Shown in pieces: positions 24,101 through 37,665 of a stretch of DNA of 64,000 bases (position 1 is its first letter; each line of letters begins with the position of its first letter). The translations under genes were made by a program, and so were the position numbers. Source of the stretch: Heptranchias perlo (lineage: Eukaryota); NCBI RefSeq assembly GCF_035084215.1, contig NW_027139612.1, forward strand, positions 5,828,001-5,892,000, written 5' to 3'. The notes under the pieces are model-generated. The model made no database searches, had not been told where the DNA came from, and saw only the letters and a program-made list of their open reading frames with translations.

Positions 24101-24400
24101 GTGTTTGCGTCCTCACTTCTGCGGGCACACGTGTTTGCGTCCGCACATCTGCGGGCACACGTGTTTTCGTCAGCACATCTGCGGGCAGACGTGATTGCGT
24201 CCGCACATCTGCGGGCACACGTGTTTGCGTCCGCACATCTGCACTCACATTTGCTTGCGTCCGCAGATCTGCACGCACACATGCTTGCATCCGTATATCT
24301 GCAGGCACACGTTTTTGCGTCCGCAGACCTGCACGCACACGTGTTTGCGTCCGCACATCTGCGGGCACACGTGTTTGCATCCGCACATCTGCCAGTACAC
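15140..24400 (+). repeat. Higher-order repeat domain, ~2,789-bp period (93 monomers); one copy lengthened by 570 bp
   Basis: Diagnostic 29-mer CACGTGGTTCGTCCG at ~16811, ~19600 and ~22959; matching ORFs start at 16068/18857/22216 and 17177/20536/23325 (spacings 2789 and 3359). Confidence 0.85.
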
Positions 24401-27400
24401 GTGATTGCGTCCGCACATCTGCGGGCTTTACGTGTTTGCGTCCGCACATCTGCGGGCACACGTGTTTGCGTCCGCACATCTGCGGGCACACGTGTTTGCG
24501 TCTTCACATCTGCTAGCACACGTGTTTGCGTCCGCACATCTGCGGGCACGCGTGTTTGCGTCCGCACATCTGCTGGCACACGTGTTTGCGTCCTCACATC
24601 TGCGGGCGCACGTGTTTGCGTCCGGACATCTGCGGGCACACGTGGTGCACCGCACATCTGCATTCACACGTGGTGCACCTCACATCTGCATTCACACGTG
24701 TTTGAGTCCGCACATCTGCGGGCACACGTGTTTGCGTCGGCACAACTGCGGGCACACGTGATTGCGTCCGCATATCTGAGGGCACACGTGTTTGCGTCCG
24801 CACATCCGCGGGCACACGTGTTTGCGTCCACACGTCCGCAGGCACACGTGTTTGCGTCCGCAGATCTGCACGCACACGTGTTTGCGTCCTCACATCTGCG
24901 GGCACACATGTTTGCGTCCGCACATCTGCAGGCACACGTGTTCGCGTTCGCACATCTGCAGTCACACGTGTTTGCGTCCGCAGATCTGCACCCACACGTT
25001 CTTGCGTCCGCACATCTGCGGGCCCACGTGTATGTATCCGCACATCTGCTGGCACACGTGTTTGCGTCCGCACATCTGCGGGCACACGTGTTTGCGTCCG
25101 CACATCTGCGGGCACACGTGTTTGCATCCCCATATCTGAACGCACAGGTTTTTGCATCTGCACATCTGCGGGCACACGTGTTTGCGTCCGCACATCTGTG
25201 GGCAATTGTGTTTGCGTCCGCACATCTGATTGTACACGTGTTTCCGTTCGCACATCTGCGGGCACACGTGTTTGCGTACGCACATCTGCGGGCACACGTG
25301 TTTGCGTCCGCACATCTGCGGGCACCCGTGTTTGCGTCGGCACATCTGCGGGCACCCGTGTTTGCGTCCGCACATCTGCGGGCACAAGTTTTTGCGTCCG
25401 CACATCTGCGGGCACACGGTTTTACGTCCGCACGTCTGCAGGCACACATTTTTGCGTCGGCAGATCTGCACGCACACGTGTTTGCGTCCTCACTTCTGCG
25501 GGCACACGTGTTTGCGTCCGCACATCTGCGGGCACACGTGTTTCCGTCAGCACATCTGCGGGCAGACGTGATTGCGTCCGCACATCTGCGGGCACACGTG
25601 TTTGCGTCCGCACATCTGCGGGCCCACGTGATTGCGTCCGCACATCTGCTGGCACACGTGTTTGCGTCCGCACATCTGCGGGCACTAGTGCTTGCGTCCG
25701 CACATCTGCAGGCACACATGTTTGCGTCCGCACATCTGCGGGCACACGTGTTTGCGTCCGCACGTCTGTAGGCATACGTGTTTCCGTCCGCAGATCTGAA
25801 CGCACAAGTGTTTTCGTCCTCACATCTGCGGGCACACGTGTTTGCGTCCGCACATCTGCGGGCACACGTGGTGCGTCCGCACATCTGCATTCACACGTGT
25901 TTGAGTCCGCACATCTGCGGGCACACGTGTTTGCGTCGGCACAACTGCGGGCACACGTGATTGCGTCCGCATATCTGAGGGCACACGTGTTTGCGTCCGC
26001 ACATCTGCGGGCACACGTGTTTGCATCCGCATATCTGAACGCACAGGTTTTTGCAGCTGCACATCTGCGGGCACACGTGTTTGCGTCCGCACATCTGTGG
26101 GCAATTGTGTTTGCGTCCGCACATCTGATTGTACACGTGTTTCCGTTCGCACATCTGCGGGCACACGTGTTTGCGTACGCACATCTGCGGGCACACGTGG
26201 TGCACCGCACATCTGCATTCACACGTGGTGCACCTCACATCTGCATTCACACGTGTTTGAGTCCGCACATCTGCGGGCACACGTGTTTGCGTCGGCACAA
26301 CTGCGGGCACACGTGATTGCGTCCGCATATCTGAGGGCACACGTGTTTGCGTCCGCACATCCGCGGGCACACGTGTTTGCGTCCACACGTCCGCAGGCAC
26401 ACGTGTTTGCGTCCGCAGATCTGCACGCACACGTGTTTGCGTCCTCACATCTGCGGGCACACATGTTTGCGTCCGCACATCTGCAGGCACACGTGTTCGC
26501 GTTCGCACATCTGCAGTCACACGTGTTTGCGTCCGCAGATCTGCACCCACACGTTCTTGCGTCCGCACATCTGCGGGCCCACGTGTATGTATCCGCACAT
26601 CTGCTGGCACACGTGTTTGCGTCCGCACATCTGCGGGCACACGTGTTTGCGTCCGCACATCTGCGGGCACACGTGTTTGCATCCCCATATCTGAACGCAC
26701 AGGTTTTTGCATCTGCACATCTGCGGGCACACGTGTTTGCGTCCGCACATCTGTGGGCAATTGTGTTTGCGTCCGCACATCTGATTGTACACGTGTTTCC
26801 GTTCGCACATCTGCGGGCACACGTGTTTGCGTACGCACATCTGCGGGCACACGTGTTTGCGTCCGCACATCTGCGGGCACCCGTGTTTGCGTCGGCACAT
26901 CTGCGGGCACCCGTGTTTGCGTCCGCACATCTGCGGGCACAAGTTTTTGCGTCCGCACATCTGCGGGCACACGGTTTTACGTCCGCACGTCTGCAGGCAC
27001 ACATTTTTGCGTCGGCAGATCTGCACGCACACGTGTTTGCGTCCTCACTTCTGCGGGCACACGTGTTTGCGTCCGCACATCTGCGGGCACACGTGTTTCC
27101 GTCAGCACATCTGCGGGCAGACGTGATTGCGTCCGCACATCTGCGGGCACACGTGTTTGCGTCCGCACATCTGCGGGCCCACGTGATTGCGTCCGCACAT
27201 CTGCTGGCACACGTGTTTGCGTCCGCACATCTGCGGGCACTAGTGCTTGCGTCCGCACATCTGCAGGCACACATGTTTGCGTCCGCACATCTGCGGGCAC
27301 ACGTGTTTGCGTCCGCACGTCTGTAGGCATACGTGTTTCCGTCCGCAGATCTGAACGCACAAGTGTTTTCGTCCTCACATCTGCGGGCACACGTGTTTGC

Positions 27401-30400
27401 GTCCGCACATCTGCGGGCACACGTGGTGCGTCCGCACATCTGCATTCACACGTGTTTGAGTCCGCACATCTGCGGGCACACGTGTTTGCGTCGGCACAAC
27501 TGCGGGCACACGTGATTGCGTCCGCATATCTGAGGGCACACGTGTTTGCGTCCGCACATCCGCGGGCACACGTGTTTGCGTGCACACGTCCACAGGCACA
27601 CGTGTTTGCGTCCGCAGATCTGCACGCACACGTGTTTGCGTCCTCACATCTGCGGGCACACTTGTTTGCGTCTGCACATCTGCAGGCACACGTGGTCGCG
27701 TTCGCACATCTGCAGTCACACGTGTTTGCGTCCGCAGATCTGCACGCACACGAGCTTGCGTCCGCACATCTGCGGGCCCACGTGTATGCATCCGCACATC
27801 TGCTGGCACACGTGTTTGCGTCTGCACATCTGCGGGCACACGTGTTTGCGTCCGCACATCTGCGGGCACACGTGTTGGCATCCGCATATCTGAACGCACA
27901 GGTTTTTGCATCCGCACATCTGCGGGCACACGTGTTTGCGTCCGCAGATCTGTGGGCAATTGTGTTTGCGTCCGCACATCTGATTGCACACGTGTTTCCG
28001 TTCGCATATCTGCGGGCACACGTGTTTGCGTACGCACATCTGCGGGCATACGTGTTTGCGTCCGCTCATCTGCGGGCACCCGTGTTTGCGTCGGCACATC
28101 TGCGGGCACCCGTGTTTGCGTCCGCACATCTGCGGGCACAAGTTTTTGCGTCCGCACATCTGCGGGCACACGTTTTTACGTCCGCACATCTGCAGGCACA
28201 CATTTTTGCGTCGGCAGATCTGCACGCACACGTGTTTGCGTCCGCACATCTGCGGGCACACGTGTTTGCGTCCGCACATCTGCTGGCACAAGTGTTAGCG
28301 TCCCCACATCTGCGGGCACATATTCTTGCGTCCGCACAGCTGCGGGCACACGTATTTGCGTCCTCACTTCTGCGGGCACACGTGTTTGCGTTGGCACAAC
28401 TGCGGGCACACGTGATTGCGTCCGCATATCTGAGGGCACACGTGTTTGCGTCCGCACATCCTCGGGCACACGTGTTTGCGTGCACACGTCCACAGGCACA
28501 CGTGTTTGCGTCCGCAGATCTGCACGCATACGTGTTTGCGTCCTCACATCTGCGGGCACACATGTTTGCGTCTGCACATCTGCAGGCACACGTGGTCGCG
28601 TTCGCACATCTGCAGTCACACGTGTTTGCGTCCGCAGATCTGCACGCACACGAGCTTGCGTCCGCACATCTGCGGGCCCACGTGTATGCATCCGCACATC
28701 TGCTGGCACACGTGTTTGCGTCCGCACATCTGCGGGCACACGTGTTTGCGTCGGCACAACTGCGGGCACACGTGATTGCGTCCGCATATCTGAGGGCACA
28801 CGTGTTTGCGTCCGCACATCCGCGGGCACACGTGTTTGCGTCCACACGTCCGCAGGCACACGTGTTTGCGTCCGCAGATCTGCACGCACACGTGTTTGCG
28901 TCCTCACATCTGCGGGCACACATGTTTGCGTCCGCACATCTGCAGGCACACGTGTTCGCGTTCGCACATCTGCAGTCACACGTGTTTGCGTCCGCAGATC
29001 TGCACCCACACGTGCTTGCGTCCGCACATCTGCGGGCCCACGTGTATGTATCCGCACATCTGCTGGCACACGTGTTTGCGTCCGCACATCTGCGGGCACA
29101 CGTGTTTGCGTCCGCACATCTGCGGGCACACGTGTTTGCATCCGCATATCTGAACGCACAGGTTTTTGCAGCTGCACATCTGCGGGCACACGTGTTTGCG
29201 TCCGCACATCTGTGGGCAATTGTGTTTGCGTCCGCACATCTGATTGTACACGTGTTTCCGTTCGCACATCTGCGGGCACACGTGTTTGCGTACGCACATC
29301 TGCGGGCACACGTGTTTGCGTCCGCACATCTGCGGGCAGCCGTGTTTGCGTCGGCACATCTGCGGGCACCCGTGTTTGCGTCCGCACATCTGCGGGCACA
29401 AGTTTTTGCGTCCGCACATCTGCGGGCACACGGTTTTACGTCCGCACGTCTGCAGGCACACATTTTTGCGTCGGCAGATCTGCACGCACACGTGTTTGCG
29501 TCCTCACTTCTGCGGGCACACGTGTTTGCGTCCGCACATCTGCGGGCACACGTGTTTCCGTCAGCACATCTGCGGGCAGACGTGATTGCGTCCGCACATC
29601 TGCGGGCACACGTGTTTGCGTCCGCACATCTGCGGGCCCACGTGATTGCGTCCGCACATCTGCTGGCACACGTGTTTGCGTCCGCACATCTGCGGGCACT
29701 AGTGCTTGCGTCCGCACATCTGCAGGCACACGTGTTTGCGTCCGCACATCTGCGGGCACACGTGTTTGCGTCCGCACGTCTGTAGGCATACGTGTTTCCG
29801 TCCGCAGATCTGAACGCACAAGTGTTTTCGTCCTCACATCTGCGGGCACACGTGTTTGCGTCCGCACATCTGCGGGCACACGTGGTGCGTCCGCACATCT
29901 GCATTCACACGTGTTTGAGTCCGCACATCTGCGGGCACACGTGTTTGCGTCGGCACAACTGCGGGCACACGTGATTGCGTCCGCATATCTGAGGGCACAC
30001 GTGTTTGCGTCCGCACATCCGCGGGCACACGTGTTTGCGTGCACACGTCCACAGGCACACGTGTTTGCGTCCGCAGATCTGCACGCACACGTGTTTGCGT
30101 CCTCACATCTGCGGGCACACATGTTTGCGTCTGCACATCTGCAGGCACACGTGGTCGCGTTTGCACATCTGCAGTCACACGTGTTTGCGTCCGCAGATCT
30201 GCACGCACACGAGCTTGCGTCCGCACATCTGCGGGCCCACGTGTATGCATCCGCACATCTGCTGGCACACGTGTTTGCGTCTGCACATCTGCGGGCACAC
30301 GTGTTTGCGTCCGCACATCTGCGGGCACACGTGTTGGCATCCGCATATCTGAACGCACAGGTTTTTGCATCCGCACATCTGCGGGCACACGTGTTTGCGT

Positions 30401-33400
30401 CCGCAGATCTGTGGGCAATTGTGTTTGCGTCCGCACATCTGATTGCACACGTGTTTCCGTTCGCACATCTGCGGGCACACGTGTTTGCGTACGCACATCT
30501 GCGGGCATACGTGTTTGCGTCCGCTCATCTGCGGGCACCCGTGTTTGCGTCGGCACATCTGCGGGCACCCGTGTTTGCGTCCGCACATCTGCGGGCACAA
30601 GTTTTTGCGTCCGCACATCTGCGGGCACACGTTTTTACGTCCGCACGTCTGCAGGCACACATTTTTGCGTCGGCAGATCTGCACGCACACGTGTTTGCAT
30701 CCTCACTTCTGCGGGCACACGTGTTGGCGTACGCACATCTGCGGGCACACGTGTTTCCGTCAGCACATCTTCGGGCAGACGTGATTGCGTCCGCACATCT
30801 GCAGGCACACGTGTTTGCGTCCGCACATCTGCGGGCACACTTGTTGGCATCCGCACATCTGTACACAGGTGTTTGCGTCCGCACATCTGCACTCACACTT
30901 GTTTGCGTCCGCAGATCTGCACGCACACATGCTTGCATCCGTATACCTGCAGGCACACGTTTTTGCGTCCGCAGACCTGCACGGACACGTGTTTGCGTCC
31001 GCACATCTGCGGGCACAAGTGTTTGCGTCCGCACATCTGCGAGCACACGTGATTGCGTCGGCACATCTGCGGGCTCACGTGTTTGCGTCCGCACATCTGC
31101 GGGCACACGTGTTTGCGTCCGCACATCTGCGGGCCCACGTGATTGCGTCCGCACATCTGCTGGCACACGTGTTTGCGTCCGCACATCTGCGGGCACTAGT
31201 GCTTGCGTCCGCACATCTGCAGGCACACATGTTTGCGTCCGCACATCTGCGGGCACACGTGTTTGCGTCCGCACGTCTGTAGGCATACGTGTTTCCGTCC
31301 GCAGATCTGAACGCACAAGTGTTTTCGTCCTCACATCTGCGGGCACACGTGTTTGCGTCCGCACATCTGCGGGCACACGTGGTGCGTCCGCACATCTGCA
31401 TTCACACGTGTTTGAGTCCGCACATCTGCGGGCACAAGTGTTTGCGTCCGCACATCTGCGAGCACACGTGATTGCGTCGGCACATCTGCGGGCTCACGTG
31501 TTTGCGTCCGCACATCTGCGGGCACACGTGTATGCGTCCGCACATCTGCGGGCAAACGTGTTTGCGTCCGCACGTCCGCAGGCGCACGTGTTTGGGTCCG
31601 CAGATCTGCACGCACACGGGTTTGCGTCCTCACATCTGCGGGCACACGAGTTTGCGTCCGCAAATCTGCAGGCACACGTGTTCGCACATCTGAGTGCCCA
31701 CGTGTATGCGTCCGCACATCTGCTGGCACACATGTTTGCGTCCGCACATCTGCGGGCACTCGTGTTTGCGTCGGCACATCTGCAGGCACACGTGTTTGCG
31801 TCCGCACATCTGGGGGCACACGTGTTTGCGGCCGCACATCTGCTGGCACACGTGTTTGCGTCCCCACATCTGCGGGCACATATTCTTGCGTCCGCACAGC
31901 TGCGGGCACACGTGTTTGCGTCCTCACTTCTGCGGGCACACGTGTTTGCGTCGGCACAACTGCGGGCACACGTGATTGCGTCCGCATATCTGAGGGCACA
32001 CGTGTTTGCGTCCGCACATCCTCGGGCACACGTGTTTGCGTGCACACGTCCACAGGCACACGTGTTTGCGTCCGCAGATCTGCACGCATACGTGTTTGCG
32101 TCCTCACATCTGCGGGCACACATGTTTGCGTCTGCACATCTGCAGGCACACGTGGTCGCGTTCGCACATCTGCAGTCACACGTGTTTGCGTCCGCAGATC
32201 TGCACGCACACGAGCTTGCGTCCGCACATCTGCGGGCCCACGTGTATGCATCCGCACATCTGCTGGCACACGTGTTTGCGTCCGCACATCTGCGGGCACA
32301 CGTGTTTGCGTCGGCACAACTGCGGGCACACGTGATTGCGTCCGCATATCTGAGGGCACACGTGTTTGCGTCCGCACATCCGCGGGCACACGTGTTTGCG
32401 TCCACACGTCCGCAGGCACACGTGTTTGCGTCCGCAGATCTGCACGCACACGTGTTTGCGTCCTCACATCTGCGGGCACACATGTTTGCGTCCGCACATC
32501 TGCAGGCACACGTGTTCGCGTTCGCACATCTGCAGTCACACGTGTTTGCGCCCGCAGATCTGCACCCACACGTGCTTGCGTCCGCACATCTGCGGGCCCA
32601 CGTGTATGTATCCGCACATCTGCTGGCACACGTGTTTGCGTCCGCACATCTGCGGGCACACGTGTTTGCGTCCGCACATCTGCGGGCACACGTGTTTGCA
32701 TCCGCATATCTGAACGCACAGGTTTTTGCATCTGCACATCTGCGGGCACACGTGTTTGCGTCCGCACATCTGTGGGCAATTGTGTTTGCGTCCGCACATC
32801 TGATTGTACACGTGTTTCCGTTCGCACATCTGCGGGCACACGTGTTTGCGTACGCACATCTGCGGGCACACGTGTTTGCGTCCGCACATCTGCGGGCACC
32901 CGTGTTTGCGTCGGCACATCTGCGGGCACCCGTGTTTGCGTCCGCACATCTGCGGGCACAAGTTTTTGCGTCCGCACATCTGCGGGCACACGGTTTTACG
33001 TCCGCACGTCTGCAGGCACACATTTTTGCGTCGGCAGATCTGCACGCACACGTGTTTGCGTCCTCACTTCTGCGGGCACACGTGTTTGCGTCCGCACATC
33101 TGCGGGCACACGTGTTTCCGTCAGCACATCTGCGGGCAGACGTGATTGCGTCCGCACATCTGCGGGCACACGTGTTTGCGTCCGCACATCTGCGGGCCCA
33201 CGTGATTGCGTCCGCACATCTGCTGGCACACGTGTTTGCGTCCGCACATCTGCGGGCACTAGTGCTTGCGTCCGCACATCTGCAGGCACACATGTTTGCG
33301 TCCGCACATCTGCGGGCACACGTGTTTGCGTCCGCACGTCTGTAGGCATACGTGTTTCCGTCCGCAGATCTGAACGCACAAGTGTTTTCGTCCTCACATC

Positions 33401-36400
33401 TGCGGGCACACGTGTTTGCGTCCGCACATCTGCGGGCACACGTGGTGCGTCCGCACATCTGCATTCACACGTGTTTGAGTCCGCACATCTGCGGGCACAC
33501 GTGTTTGCGTCGGCACAACTGCGGGCACACGTGATTGCGTCCGCATATCTGAGGGCACACGTGTTTGCGTCCGCACATCCGCGGGCACACGTGTTTGCGT
33601 GCACACGTCCACAGGCACACGTGTTTGCGTCCGCAGATCTGCACGCACACGTGTTTGCGTCCTCACATCTGCGGGCACACATGTTTGCGTCTGCACATCT
33701 GCAGGCACACGGGGTCGCGTTTGCACATCTGCAGTCACACGTGTTTGCGTCCGCAGATCTGCACGCACACGAGCTTGCGTCCGCACATCTGCGGGCCCAC
33801 GTGTATGCATCCGCACATCTGCTGGCACACGTGTTTGCGTCTGCACATCTGCGGGCACACGTGTTTGCGTCCGCACATCTGCGGGCACACGTGTTGGCAT
33901 CCGCATATCTGAACGCACAGGTTTTTGCATCCGCACATCTGCGGGCACACGTGTTTGCGTCCGCAGATCTGTGGGCAATTGTGTTTGCGTCCGCACATCT
34001 GATTGCACACGTGTTTCCGTTCGCACATCTGCGGGCACACGTGTTTGCGTACGCACATCTGCGGGCATACGTGTTTGCGTCCGCTCATCTGCGGGCACCC
34101 GTGTTTGCGTCGGCACATCTGCGGGCACCCGTGTTTGCGTCCGCACATCTGCGGGCACAAGTTTTTGCGTCCGCACATCTGCGGGCACACGTTTTTACGT
34201 CCGCACGTCTGCAGGCACACATTTTTGCGTCGGCAGATCTGCACGCACACGTGTTTGCATCCTCACTTCTGCGGGCACACGTGTTGGCGTACGCACATCT
34301 GCGGGCACACGTGTTTCCGTCAGCACATCTGCGGGCAGACGTGATTGCGTCCGCACATCTGCAGGCACACGTGTTTGCGTCCGCACATCTGCGGGCACAC
34401 TTGTTGGCATCCGCACATCTGTACACACGTGTTTGCGTCCGCACATCTGCACTCACACTTGTTTGCGTCCGCAGATCTGCACGCACACATGCTTGCATCC
34501 GTATACCTGCAGGCACACGTTTTTGCGTCCGCAGACCTGCACGCACACGTGTTTGCGTCCGCACATCTGCGGGCACAAGTGTTTGCGTCCGCACATCTGC
34601 GAGCACACGTGATTGCGTCGGCACATCTGCGGGCTCACGTGTTTGCGTCCGCACATCTGCGGGCACACGTGTATGCGTCCGCACATCTGCGGGCAAACGT
34701 GTTTGCGTCCGCACGTCCGCAGGCGCACGTGTTTGCGTCCGCAGATCTGCACGCACACGGGTTTGCGTCCTCACATCTGCGGGCACACGAGTTTGCGTCC
34801 GCAAATCTGCAGGCACACGTGTTCGCACATCTGAGTGCCCACGTGTATGCGTCCGCACATCTGCTGGCACACGTGTTTGCGTCCGCACATCTGCGGGCAC
34901 ACGTGTTTGCGTCCCCACATCTGCTGGCACACGTGTTTGCATCCGCACATCTGAACGCACAGGCGTTTGCGTCCGCACATCTGCGGGCACACCTGTTTTC
35001 GTCCGCAAATCTGCGGGCACATGTGTTTGCGTCCGCACATCTGATTGCACACGTGTTTGCGTCCGCGCATCTGCGGGCACACGTGTTTGCGTCAGCACAT
35101 CTGCGGGTACACATGTTTGCGTCCGCACATCTGCGGGCACTCGTGTTTGCGTCGGCATATCTGCAGGCACACGTGTTTGCGTCCGCACATCTGGGGGCAC
35201 ACGTGTTTGCGGCCGCACATCTGCTGGCACACGTGTTTGCGTCCCCACATCTGCGGGCACATATTCTTGCGTCCGCACAGCTGCGGGCACACGTGTTTGC
35301 GTCCTCACTTCTGCGGGCACACGTGTTTGCGTCGGCACAACTGCGGGCACACGTGATTGCGTCCGCATATCTGAGGGCACACGTGTTTGCGTCCGCACAT
35401 CCTCGGGCACACGTGTTTGCGTGCACACGTCCACAGGCACACGTGTTTGCGTCCAAAGATCTGCACGCATACGTGTTTGCGTCCTCACATCTGCGGGCAC
35501 ACATGTTTGCGTCTGCACATCTGCAGGCACACGTGGTCGCGTTCGCACATCTGCAGTCACACGTGTTTGCGTCCGCAGATCTGCACGCACACGAGCTTGC
35601 GTCCGCACATCTGCGGGCCCACGTGTATGCATCCGCACATCTGCTGGCACACGTGTTTGCGTCCGCACATCTGCGGGCACACGTGTTTGCGTCGGCACAA
35701 CTGCGGGCACACGTGATTGCGTCCGCATATCTGAGGGCACACGTGTTTGCGTCCGCACATCCGCGGGCACACGTGTTTGCGTCCACACGTCCGCAGGCAC
35801 ACGTGTTTGCGTCCGCAGATCTGCACGCACACGTGTTTGCGTCCTCACATCTGCGGGCACACATGTTTGCGTCCGCACATCTGCAGGCACACGTGTTCGC
35901 GTTCGCACATCTGCAGTCACACGTGTTTGCGTCCGCAGATCTGCACACACACGTGCTTGCGTCCGCACATCTGCGGGCCCACGTGTATGTATCCGCACAT
36001 CTGCTGGCACACGTGTTTGCGTCCGCACATCTGCGGGCACACGTGTTTGCGTCCGCACATCTGCGGGCACACGTGTTTGCATCCGCATATCTGAACGCAC
36101 AGGTTTTTGCATCTGCACATCTGCGGGCACACGTGTTTGCGTCCGCACATCTGTGGGCAATTGTGTTTGCGTCCGCACATCTGATTGTACACGTGTTTCC
36201 GTTCGCACATCTGCGGGCACACGTGTTTGCGTACGCACATCTGCGGGCACACGTGTTTGCGTCCGCACATCTGCGGGCACCCGTGTTTGCGTCGGCACAT
36301 CTGCGGGCACCCGTGTTTGCGTCCGCACATCTGCGGGCACAAGTTTTTGCGTCCGCACATCTGCTGGCACACGGTTTTACGTCCGCACGTCTGCAGGCAC

Positions 36401-37665
36401 ACATTTTTGCGTCGGCAGATCTGCACGCACACGTGTTTGCGTCCTCACTTCTGCGGGCACACGTGTTTGCGTCCGCACATCTGCGGGCACACGTGTTTCC
36501 GTCAGCACATCTGCGGGCAGACGTGATTGCGTCCGCACATCTGCGGGCACACGTGTTTGCGTCCGCACATCTGCGGGCCCACGTGATTGCGTCCGCACAT
36601 CTGCTGGCACACGTGTTTGCGTCCGCACATCTGCGGGCACTAGTGCTTGCGTCCGCACATCTGCAGGCACACATGTTTGCGTCCGCACATCTGCGGGCAC
36701 ACGTGTTTGCGTCCGCACGTCTGTAGGCATACGTGTTTCCGTCCGCAGATCTGAACGCACAAGTGTTTTCGTCCTCACATCTGCGGGCACACGTGTTTGC
36801 GTCCGCACATCTGCGGGCACACGTGGTGCGTCCGCACATCTGCATTCACACGTGTTTGAGTCCGCACATCTGCGGGCACACGTGTTTGCGTCGGCACAAC
36901 TGCGGGCACACGTGATTGCGTCTGCATATCTGAGGGCACACGTGTTTGCGTCCGCACATCCGCGGGCACACGTGTTTGCGTGCACACGTCCACAGGCACA
37001 CGTGTTTGCGTCCGCAGATCTGCACGCACACGTGTTTGCGTCCTCACATCTGCGGGCACACATGTTTGCGTCTGCACATCTGCAGGCACACGTGGTCGCG
37101 TTCGCACATCTGCAGTCACACGTGTTTGCGTCCGCATATCTGCACGCACACGAGCTTGCGTCCGCACATCTGCGGGCCCACGTGTATGCATCCGCACATC
37201 TGCTGGCACACGTGTTTGCGTCTGCACATCTGCGGGCACACGTGTTTGCGTCCGCACATCTGCGGGCACACGTGTTGGCATCCGCATATCTGAACGCACA
37301 GGTTTTTGCATCCGCACATCTGCGGGCACACGTGTTTGCGTCCGCAGATCTGTGGGCAATTGTGTTTGCGTCCGCACATCTGATTGCACACGTGTTTCCG
37401 TTCGCACATCTGCGGGCACCCGTGTTTGCGTCGGCACATCTGCGGGCACCCGTGTTTGCGTCCGCACATCTGCGGGCACAAGTTTTTGCGTCCGCACATC
37501 TGCGGGCACACGTTTTTACGTCCGCACGTCTGCAGGCACACATTTTTGCATCGGCAGATCTGCACGCACACGTGTTTGCATCCTCACTTCTGCGGGCACA
37601 CGTGTTTGCGTACGCACATCTGCGGGCACACGTGTTTCCGTCAGCACATCTGCGGGCAGACGTGA